A stretch of 63,850 bases of DNA, the filler included, from Kipferlia bialata (lineage: Eukaryota): NCBI GenBank assembly GCA_003568945.1. It is 5 parts of 4 records of this genome, joined end to end, with 100 filler letters (N's around TTAATTAATTAA, not from the genome) between each part and the next. Parts side by side here need not be neighbours in the genome. Positions count along the whole stretch, not along the records: positions 52,776 to 60,244 come from BDIP01000328.1; positions 60,345 to 63,850 come from BDIP01000404.1; 3 more parts are not named here. One strand, 5' to 3'. Below are positions 52,849 to 63,850 of this stretch, one piece after another. The translations under genes and the position numbers were made by a program. Positions within the stretch are counted from its first letter, which is position 1. Each line of letters begins with the position of its first letter. The notes under the pieces were generated by a model. The model ran no database searches. It worked only from the letters and a program-made list of their open reading frames with translations, and was not told the DNA's origin.

Positions 52849-55800
52849 GCCAGGCACCTCGAGTCTGCCCTGTTGGGATACTGTGGAGACATAGTGGACG
52901 AGGCAGACCTCATCCAGGTATTCTCTATCTCTCTCTCTGTCTCACTGTCTCTCTCTCTTCTCCCTCCCATGATATCCTTACGGCCAGCAGTACATGCTTT
53001 CTCACAATGCCTTCCCCGTGAGTGAGGCAGTGCCCCAGGTGCCAGAGAGCAAGGGAGAGAGAGAGAGTGCCGTGAAGCCCCCCATCACCCTGCCCATCGG
53101 TACCCCAGAGGGCCCACCCCCTGGCATCAAGGTCAGTATCAGTATATATTGATGTACTGATATATACAAGGATACTGACACTAATTCAAGGCTACCAAGG
53201 CTGCTATCAAGGTCGGACCCCCTCCCTCCCTCCCCTCCACCTCCACTGGCGGCCTGGCACCACCTCCCACCCTGCCCATTGGAACCCCTGCCAGTACCAC
53301 CACCGCCCCTGCTACCTCTCTTGCCCCCCCTCCCCTCCAGTCCGTACTGAGTGCACCCCCATCTGCCTCCACAGGGTCTGAGGTTGAGCTTCCTATGCAG
53401 AGCCTCACCACCAACAGGGGCGCCGAGGACCTCTTCTCCTCTGCCCTCCCCTCTGTGCCCGTGCCTGTCGACGTCCCCGAGGCCAACCGCTCTGCGATGC
53501 CTGGTCTGCCTGCCCTCGACTCCAAGCTGGCTGGTGCACCCATCCCGTCCCTCACAGCATCCCTCGACGAGGCAGAGACAGACCGCCGCGGCTTCCCCCC
53601 CGGCCTCCCCCCTGTCTCCCTCCACTCCTCCTTGCCAACTGAGGCCCCCGTGCCCCTCCCCGACGTGCCCCAGTATGCCCCTGCTAAGGCCATCACTACC
53701 AAGCCTGAGCCTGAGGCTGTCTCTGTGCCTGAGGAGCCATCTGAGGACGAGGCAGGTCACCCCCTGCTTGTGAGGTCCCACCCCCTCTACCCTGTGGTCC
53801 AGGCCTCTGTTCTCTGCCCTTCGGCATATGCCCTTCAGGATTCCGTTGGCCTTGCAGTCGTTGAATCTCTCTCCCGTGCAGACAGTGCCCTTGCCAAGGA
53901 CATCGATGCCTTTATCAAGGACCCCTGCCCCCTCGACGAGCTTGACGAGGCTGGCGAGATGCTCTTCCCTACCCTCTCCAGCCTACTTCACACTCTCTCC
54001 TGGGAGGCTCTCCGCAGCCACACCCTGATCGACATGTCCAAGGTGGCCTCTGTGTGCATGGAGGTGCCTGAGGCCCTGTCTGGGGCAGTGGGAGCCAAGG
54101 CGGTGAGGGTGGCTGACGTGAGGTCTGACCCCAATGGCAGTGCTGCCAAGAAGTGCACCGTGCTGGGTATGGCCATCGAGACCATCAGACACGAGTACAC
54201 ACACAAGGACAAGAAGATTGTGGAGGCCATGGACGGCCTCGTGGCCAGATACCTCCTGCAGCCCCTGAGGGAGTCTCTCTCTCTCTCTGTGGGGGCAGTG
54301 TCCTGTCTTCTCACCATGGTGAGTGAGTGCGGCATGAGGGATGTGGTGGTCACTTCTAGCATCCTCTCCACCTACGCGGACATGGGCGAGAGGCACATTG
54401 GCTCTATGGATGAGTGCGAGGTGGATGTGGACCTATCCCACATCAACAAGCTCATCTTTGACATCGAGGACCCGCCCAAGGGATACCCCTCCTCCGTGGT
54501 GCTCTCGGTGCCAGCTTGGTACAGGTACAGCTTGCATCCTTGAGCTACACTATTCTAGCCATGTATATTTGTATGTATATATGTGCGTGTCATATATACT
54601 GATCCCAGGGACACCGTCAGCCTCTCCGAGATGCCTACTGAGGACGGGTCACTGTCCTATGTCGTCAGGGCAGCCCCTGATACCACACCCTCTTCTGACG
54701 TGTGTGTTGGCGCTCTCTCTGCCCCTGAGGCCTCTCCCAAGGACCAGATGGCGCTGCTCATGATGCAGATATCCCTCGTGCATTGTCTGTTCACCAGACT
54801 GTACCACGAGGATGTGCTTCCACCCTACATCCAGTCCCTCTTCGGCCACCCATCCCCAGTGGCCTCGGCAACAGAGTTTGCAAGGATCTTCCACACCCTG
54901 GCCCTCCACCTCACCCCCCCTGCCACTCTCTCCCTGGTGGACAGCTGTGCTGGGTACCTCTCCCAGTTCATACAGAGACCTGAGGAGGCAGACAACAAGA
55001 ACAAGGTCAGGACGGGTATATGCATATATATATATACGTATATGCGTATGCGTATGTGTATACCTCTCTTCTTCTTACTGCCAGGTGCACGGTGTCCTGA
55101 AGGAGCTCAGGAAGTGCGGCCTCGACCTTGTCTCTGTGCCCGATGCCCTGGACGCTGTCCTCAGACAGTGTGCCCTCAACATAGTGCAGAGCATGAGGGA
55201 CTACCACTTCAACACAGAGGACCCCACGATGCTGTCCAGACTCGTCACAACCCCTAGGAACATATCCGGCATGTACAAGGTACCCCCCCCCCCTACACAC
55301 AGACACACTGATACATTGAGTTATTATGTCTTGCCTCACTCTTAGGTTGCCTCAGAGGGTGTTCTGGACACCTGTGTGGCCGAGTTTGCCACTGTCCTTG
55401 TCCTGGACCCCATCCTAGGTGCCATCAACGTCAAGGAGGAGGACCCTGCCGTCGTGTCATCCTACCTGGCCTCTCTGACAGTCGGTGACAAGGCGAGGCG
55501 GGTGCACAGTCTGTACTCCAACAAGGAGGAGGCTGCCTCCAAGCAGGGTGTCCTCATGGCCAGACTGGATGTCGGCCTCATCTTCTGCGGTGCCTTCTCC
55601 CTCAAGTATGCCTGTGACATGGCATCTGCCGAGGAGGGCAGGTACCACAAGGTCAGGACAAAGGGGGGTGCCACTGTCGGTGAGGTTGTGAGGGCTGCGG
55701 TGGAGGGCCTGCACCTCAGTGTGGACCTGTGTCTGCCCAAGTTCCCAAAGGCATCGGCCAAGAAGCTCCCAAGGTATATATAGTATGCATATATTCTACA

Positions 55801-58800
55801 TACATCGGGTTTGAATAGGTCAATATAGTATAGATATAGTGCTCACCTCATCACCCACTCCCAGGTACCTTCTGAAGCTTGACGACGTTGTCAAGGCCAT
55901 TGGCCCCCTCCCCCCTGGTGCCCTAGAAAGTGCCCAGGAGGACAAGGAGGTGGACCGCTCCACACCCCCTGTCACCCAGCTGACAGATACTGAGGTGTCT
56001 GCCCTGGCAGAGAAGGTGTCACCCGCCCCCGCCCCTATTGCCCCTACTGCCCCAGTGGCATCTACCATTGCACCTCTTGTGCAGCCTACTGGTGCTCAGT
56101 CTGTGTCGGCCGAGCCTCCCCTCCCTGTCTCTGCCCCCCTCACTGGCATCTCCCTCCTGTCCTCAGGTGCCAAGACAGACTCGGTCGAGGTCAGGTTTGT
56201 GTGCACCACCTCAGCATCTGTCTCTGGATCCACCTCTGTCTACACAGCCACTGTGGCAGTCCCCTCTGAGGGCAAGAAGCCATGCTCCCCCTCCATCCTG
56301 ACCGCTCTCGTCGAGTGCCTCTCCAAGGAGGGCGCGCTGCCCAAGGACGTGTCCAGCAAGACACTGACTGTGGCCCTGCACGAGTCCGTCATGGTTGCCG
56401 ACCCCAAGCAGCAGTGCATCCTGAGCGTGGACGGGGTCGACGAGGTGTACGTCAAGCTCCACATGAGGAAGTTCAAGAGAAGCGACCTCAAGGCCGTGAT
56501 AGAGAGATGCCAGCAGCCTGGGGTGACCCCCAAGCTGTGTGTGATTGCCATGCCCACAGTACTGGCCAAGAAGCTCAGGTCCACACCCTCCACCCCTGTG
56601 CCTACTGCAGCCCCTGTCTCTACCGCCCCTCCAGTTGCCTCTGCCCAGAAGGTCATGGGCCCCCCTCCCTCCCTCCCCACCTCCAAGGTTGTTGGCCCAC
56701 CACCCTCTCTCCCGGTGTCTGGTGCCAAGACTGGTCCTCCTCCCTCCCTCGGCGTTGGGTCCTTTGTCCCCACTGTCCCCAGTGTCGCTCCCTACACCCC
56801 TATCAACATGTCACAGATACAGATGCCCCCACAGATGCCCGCCCAGCCATATCCCCTCTACCCTCAACAACCCATGCCCCAGGCCGGGTTCGGCTACGGC
56901 ATGCCTCCCTTCTCTCTACCTGGTACCGCTGGCGCTGTAGGGTTTGGAGCTCCCGTATCAGAGGCCCAGGTATAGTATATTGTATAATCACTTACATTCA
57001 CGATAAGGTCTCTTATTCTCTATCTGACTGTCAGGAGGCGTTTGACTCCCGTAGCAGCGAGGTGTCTAGGTTCATGCAGGAGAGAGAGGAGAGGGAGAGG
57101 ATCCTAGTCAAGGAGGAGGAGAGTGGCCCCGCCCTGCCCCCTGGTATGGGTGCCCCCAAGAAGACTGGCCCTCCCCCCTCCCTCCCCATCAAGACAAAGG
57201 TGACGCCCCCTCCCTCCCTCCCAGTGGCCAAGCCCGTGGTGCAGAAGGTTCCTACAGCTGCCCCTGTGAAGGCTGTCACTACTGCCACTCGCCCTGCTGC
57301 TGCTGCCTCTGCCAAGTCTAAGCTGAAGAGGTCCTGCGCCTCCTCCTATCGCTGTGTCGGTGTGGTGAGTGAGGTGATCGACGGGTACTGCGCCGTGGTG
57401 CGTGTGACCCATGTCGACTCCCAGCCCCTCTCCACCCCCCTGGCTGCAGTCTGGATGGGTCCCCCCTCAGTCACCAGTCTCATCAAGGACGCAGACATTG
57501 ACAGAAACGTCAAGAGACCCAGGGCGTGGCGGCCCAGGCACGATGACGCCACAGGTGAAGTGGTGTCACAGGGCATGGGGTGCCACCTCCCCAGGGTGGT
57601 CAACATCGCCATGCTCGAGATCGACTTCACACTCAAGCTCTTCCACGGCATCCTCAGGGTGGCCGATGCCAAGGTACTTATATATATATATATATAAGTA
57701 CATATTCTTTTGCCAATTCTTGTATTGCTCCGTGTGTCCTCTTACCCCTCAGGCCCGTGACTGGTGCGACTACTCTGGAACCCTGGACGGTTACGTCACT
57801 GGAGTTATCAACAAGGTATATATGTATATATATATATATGTATAGACTATATTATCGTATTTGTAACCTTGTTGCCCCTCACCGCGTAGGTCGAGGAGCA
57901 GGAGATCTTTGTCCGCACCCAGCAGGGCATCTCTCTCTACATCAAGCACCACCTGCCCGGTAGTCATGCAGCCCCCCAGGGGTGGAGGGACAGAGACAAC
58001 GTACCATACAACGAGATTGGCAGGATCAAGTTCGGTATGTGACATTGCCAGGTACACTTTCCTACGCGTTATATCTGACACTGCAGGTGACGTCGTGAGT
58101 GCCAGTGTGGACAAGTTCCTCCTCGAGCACTACAACCAGGAGGTCAACGACAACGCCATCCCGGCCTCTGTCAAGACTCTTGTCTACCACGGGTTCATAC
58201 CCAAGGCAGACCCCTCCAAGCTGCAGGTGTGCTTGTGCCAGTGACACCCACTCTCCCGCAGAAATATGTATAATGTATGTATAATGTCGTGTTATTGTCT
58301 ATTTTCTCTTACCCTCCAGAACGAGACCCGGCCCACCCCCTTCCAGGGCTGGGTGGCCAGGCTGTCACAGCGCAACAGGTGGGCACATATATATACAGGC
58401 ACATCTATCTCAATGCTGTAATATAGTACTCACCTCAGGTCCAGCCTCCCCCCTGTGTTCCAGAGTGTGGACAATGCTGGTCTCGTGGTCTTTGTCGACA
58501 GGCCCCACAGGCTGATCCCAGCCACCCTAGTCGTGGCACAGATCAGGGACAAGGTACACATAAATTTACATATATCTGAATATGCACTACATCTCTTCAT
58601 TACATGTTTTGTGGCATTGACGCCAGATCTACCGTGACAGCATTGACACTGGGACCCCCGTTGCCCTGACCCTCTTTGAGGCAGCCTTCGACCTGTTTGC
58701 CACAGAGGATAGCCAGCATGTGGAGAGGACAGACCAGAAGAGATGGTTCAAGACTACAAACCTCGGCAGGGCCGCTGACATGCTGCCAGGTATATGCACT

Positions 58801-60185
58801 AATATAGTGGTATTATATATATGATTAATTGATATATTCTCTCTCCCCCCCAGGCACCATCATCTTCAACCATCCATCACCATTGTCTTCGCACCTATGT
58901 ATCTTGTTCATTAATACTTTCTCTTCTTTCTCTCTTACCCCCCAGGCACCATCATCCGCACCCCCAAGAAGCAGGAGGGCGATGACAGGCTCATCAACGG
59001 ACTGGAGTTCCAGGTGTGGGGGTATCTCTCTCTCTTACACACACTCTCTCTGTGGGTGTGTGTGTCGTGTTTTCTCTCTTACCCCCTAGGTCACCCACGA
59101 GGAGTCTGCCCTGACCCACGAGGGAGACGGCATCACACGCAAGTTCCCACACCTTGGTACGATAGTATACCCCCCCCCCCCCCCCACATCTCAATGATAT
59201 CGTTTGACTTTAGACTCTACGTAATATATACTAATTAGTGAATATGTATGAATGTAACCCCAGGTCTGCTTAAGGAGGACGGTCTCATGCACTGGTTCCA
59301 GAAGCCTGTCAAGGACGAGAGGAGGCACATCGTGCACGCACCATGCGTGGAGCTGGACGCCTCTCCGGTACGTACTCTCTCTCTATACAGTATTCATGTA
59401 TTAGGTGTGAATGTATATGTGTGTACTCATACCCAGGCAGTGAAGGACCTTGTCTGGACTGCCATCAGAAAGGGGTGCAGGTTCCAGACCATCGTGTACC
59501 CCAACCTCATCGACTACCCCCAGGTACCCACATCTCTCTCTCTCTCTCTCTGATCGACTACCCCCAGGTATCTCTTCTTACCTGCATTCATAGTGTGTTT
59601 CTCTGAATACTACCTCCATCCCCCTCCCCCCCCTCTCTCTCTCTATATATATGTATGCATAATAGTATATATTGTCTCTGACCCCCAGGTGGACGGTGTC
59701 AAGCACAACCTGCACATGTCTCTCTCTCTCTCCCTCTCTATTTATCTATATGTATAATGGTATATATATAGATATATCCCTAACTCTCAGGTGGACGGTG
59801 TCAAGCACAACCTGCACATGGTCCAGTACGGACTCAGGTACGACATCTTTTGGGTTCCTTCTAACTGATATATTGCTTGTATACTACTGAATATGTGTAT
59901 GTGTATATTCCTTCTCACATTAGGTTCTGGGACATGATCCAGCCCTGTGCCATCCGGGAGGTAGGGTCTACCATCGAGGCCAGGAGTGACGGGTCTGGTC
60001 TCTACCAGTGCCACATACCCAAGCTGCCCCTCTTCAACGACATCCAGCCCCCAGGTTAGATATATTGACTGCTCCTTTGTTCTGTCCATCGGTTGTTTTG
60101 GTATCCATTCAATTCTATATTGAACATCACTCACCTCAGGCCCCCTCACAGTCACCATCCCACCCCACGTGGAGGCCGCCCTCAG
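52849..60185 (+). CDS. Large hypothetical protein with Pro-rich segments; both ends truncated
   Basis: Long exons (ORFs 53395-54543, 55839-56975) and many GT-AG exons to 60185 splice in frame; recurrent GPPPSLP motifs; no family recognised. Confidence 0.65.
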
Positions 60186-60191
60186 GTACCT

Positions 60192-60234
<43 letters not shown>

Positions 60235-60357
60235 CTCCCTTCCCNNNNNNNNNNNNNNNNNNNNNNNNNNNNNNNNNNNNNNNNNNNNTTAATTAATTAA
60301 NNNNNNNNNNNNNNNNNNNNNNNNNNNNNNNNNNNNNNNNNNNNGGGTCCTTGTTTT

Positions 60358-60391
<34 letters not shown>

Positions 60392-60403
60392 TTACCCCTC
60401 TAG

Positions 60404-63166
60404 GAGGCTGAGCTGGATGTCCTGGCCTACTTTGCCACCCTCGGCCTGTCATCCCTGGACAGCCACTCCAGGTACACGCATGTGTTGGGAACTTATGGGT
60501 ATAGTGTCTGTTCATTACCCCCCACCCTTGTTGGGATAGTCAATGTACTGAGGCCCTCTCTCACCCCAGGGCCCTTGGGTTTGTACTGTTCCGTAACCTG
60601 GCCTGTGTGGACATTCTCCTAGGTACATATGCGCATACACTAGCTTTCACAGCCGTCTGTGGGATATTTCCCCCCTACACAATATATTTGTCCTTACCCC
60701 CAGGTGTGACTGCCGCCCAGACCGCTGTGGACGTGCTTGGTATGGACGGGGAGGGGGAGAGGGAGAGGGAGGGAGACCTCCCCGAGGACCTCGACCTTGA
60801 GGAGTATCTGTGTGCCGTGCACATGTGTGTGAGTATGGCAGCCCGGTATGCAGAGTGGGACACAGACCAGGTGGTGATATGTTGTATATGTATATATATA
60901 TATATGTTGTATATATGTTGTATATGTATATATATATATGGTATGTATATATATGTATGTATACATACATGATATGCAGAATGGGACCAGGTGGGTGGAT
61001 CAATGATGTATACTGCAATTTCTATGAAAACGGTATCATATCCTCCCCTTACCCCCAGGTTGCTGAGGAGGCTGTGCATGCCGTCAGGGATGTGTGTGAG
61101 GCAGCCCTGGCTTCTGTCACAGCAGTTCTCTCATCCTGCCAGGCCCTTGGGCCCCTCAGGACAAGGTGCATAACTCCATCGTTATAGGCCCTCCTCTGCA
61201 GCATCCTACTATAGTACTATCCGTCTCCACCATGTCATGCCATGTCTGACCCCCAGACTGGCCCTGACCCTTGTGTGCCCCAACCTGCACCTCCTCCCCA
61301 TGGAGGTTGGGGACTTTGCAGTCGAGGCCCTGCTCCAGCTGCCCCAGCCCCATGTGGGCAGTGCGGCAAGGTGAGATACATAGTATAGCATAGCACTGTA
61401 TAAGTGAGAGGTAGTGAGGAGTCGGTAGTACATAGCACCCGTGTTCCTATATATATAACCCCTAGGTGCATGCTGGACCCTGTCAATGGAGTGACCGACA
61501 CCCAGGGCCTGCCATCAAGGGCCCTGGACGCCCTCAGGTACTAAGGGTCTAGTGGATAATGGATAGGGTCTTGAGGAAGTGTATACATCCATGTCACTAT
61601 CCGTAGCTGTATGTATAATAGCTATATATCCCCCCTGACCCCAGGATGTGTGGGGACCTCACCACCGGGTGTGGGGCCACTCCAGTGGACACCCCTGCCG
61701 CACTGTTTGCACGCATAGCAAGGTGGGAGAGGGTGCATGTGTATATGTGTACATGTATATTAATGTGTTCATCGTCTTTCTTTTATCTCTGTGGCAATCT
61801 ATGGACGGAGTAGCAAGTGGGCGATAGGTACCCCTCCCTCTGATCATATCTCCCTTTGTTCTCATTCACCCTCAGGTTCATTGGCAGCAGTGAGAGTGAG
61901 AGACTCGAGCCCTCCGAGTTACAGGCTGTATCTGCAGTGCTCAGTGCAGGTGGGTCATACTGCATGTATCATGGATACCCTACACCATACACCCACTTAC
62001 ACACCCTATGCCTCATGTATCAGGCAGGGTAGGGGAGGGTCCCTCCGAGACCGCCCTCTATGCCGCAGGAGTCAGTGACCTGAGGAACTACCTCTTTGTG
62101 TCGCTGGCTGACCCCCTGCTCCACCAGGAGGCAGGAGACACCCTGGTGCAGGTGGGTGATACTGATGTATCTATGACTGATACTGATACTGATACTGATA
62201 CTGAGACACCCTGGTGCAGGTGGGGGCTGTGGTATTTGTATATATCTATGTACAGGACTACTGGATGTTGCAGAGGTGTATCTCCGTACTTCTGACCCCC
62301 AGGCCCTGTCTCTGTGTGGCCAGGCCAGCACTGACCTAGACCTCGCCCCCCTGCTGGTGTCAGCACTGTGCCTGCTATTCTCAGGTGGGGGGAGTGGGAT
62401 GTATTAAGTGTTATTTATCATACATATCATACATATCTCATATATGCCCTCTCATATGGCTGGGAGTCTGTGTCTCCCCTATCATATATCCACACACACA
62501 AACCCATCACCCTCACCCTCCAGACTCCTATGCCGCATGTCGGGACGGAGTTGCTGCCCTTGTCACAAGGTATATCTACATGTGTGTATGAATTAGGTTA
62601 ATATATGCAAGTCACTTCAGAATACATGGTGTGTCTCTGACGCTGTACATTTGCTCTACATATTCACATCCCTGACCCCCAGACTTGTGAGGCTCCCTGG
62701 CATTGGCGCCATGTTTGCAGAGGCATTGAGGACAGCACCCGCAGAGGTCACAGGTACAGAGAGTCTATATATGCATAGGGATATACATATAGATACAGTG
62801 AGGACAGCACCCGCAGAGGTCACAGGTACAGAGAGTCTATATATGCATACAGATACATAGGCATATAGATGGATTGAGGACAGCACCCGCAGAGCTCACA
62901 GGTATAGAGGGGGTAGAGGATAATCATATGTACATTGCCGATATCACCCGCATATGTGACAGGAACAGGAAGAAGGGGTGTGTGGTTTAGATTCAACTCA
63001 TATGTATACTCCTCATACACCACACTATGTCAGACCATGTCACAGAGTGTTAATGGGTGTTCTGTCATGCCCCCTCATATATCAATATATCTATATATCT
63101 CTCTCACGCTCAGGGGCTGCTGAGCTGGCCCCTGTCTATGACGCCCTGGCAGACAGCATGGCATAG
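60404..63166 (+). CDS. Hypothetical alpha-helical (solenoid-like) protein, 5'-truncated
   Basis: Exons from EAELDVLAYFATLGL to AAELAPVYDALADSMA* (TAG 63164-63166) splice in frame; Ala/Leu-rich. Confidence 0.65.
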
Positions 63167-63850
63167 GCATAGATGGTGTAGGTGTACTAAGTCACCTGAA
63201 ACAGCGGAGTCGGTTGTGCCCACAATGCAATAGATTGTTTTGTATGGTTAATGGTTATATATGGATGTGGAGTCCTGGGGTAGTGACTGTGAATGTAGGA
63301 AGTATGTGAACAGAATCGAGTGCAACAGGTCAACCCCTCGACATATTGGTCTCGACACATACCGCATGTGTCGTCTGTAACGCATATACTATGACGCATA
63401 GACTATGAGTGATATAGGACATGCATTGGTCATTAGAGCCTTTGGGACCATTCAAGGCATTGCCACACATTGACAAATGATACAGTGACACTGACCCACA
63501 CCCAATCTGATGAGTAGCTGAGGCTGTTCTATTGCAATGGAACCTCGTACCGTCCGTCCCTCACACCAATAACGTTCATGCACCGTTTGGCTAGAGAGTC
63601 CTGGGGTCAGGGAGAGGGGGTACGACTGATGACATAAACATTACCCAGTGGACATATCAGTATCCAACCAGTCACAACGCATACTGATACTAATGGAGTG
63701 CTGTCTAGTGAACATGTGTCCCACCACCTGTCATATATATACATACATCTATATATACCATATATATATACAACATCCATGCATCCATGTGCCACCCCCA
63801 CCTTGTGTATATCAGATGCATGTCATATATATATATATACTAATACATAA

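Noticed and set aside
56282..57697. 471-aa ORF overlapping ORF 55839-56975, and antisense ORFs 53002-53781 and 46717-47190
   Set aside because: Shadow frames of GC-rich exons; only the part after the acceptor near 57034 is used.
63187..63850. Possible minus-strand exon(s) after acceptor-like ctgaccccag near 63601-63610
   Set aside because: I could not build a consistent spliced ORF or recognise a product.

Overview
Intron-rich eukaryotic (protist) DNA made of five contigs joined by artificial 44N-TTAATTAATTAA-44N linkers. Short exons, microsatellite-rich GT-AG introns and a branch point fused to the 3' splice site suggest a metamonad/fornicate such as Kipferlia (inference only). By manual splicing I reconstructed 11 protein genes: an unknown 18-exon gene, AP-2 alpha-adaptin, a SAC3/GANP-family protein, a Kelch-like protein, a secreted Cys-rich repeat protein, a BPI/LBP protein, an NHL-repeat protein, NAA20, an N-BAR protein and two further unknowns, plus a partial tRNA-Gly. 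The main signal is that many introns hold tandem partial copies ('echoes') of the flanking exon edges. 3'-exon-end plus donor copies lie downstream of the exon, and acceptor plus 5'-exon-start copies lie upstream. They differ from the live exon mostly at synonymous positions, including TCN/AGY Ser and CGN/AGR Arg swaps. In one alpha-adaptin exon the contiguous copy lacks its end and donor, which occur only in echoes. This points to a possible repeat-mediated exon-edge exchange system; long reads and RNA-seq are needed to exclude assembly artefact.
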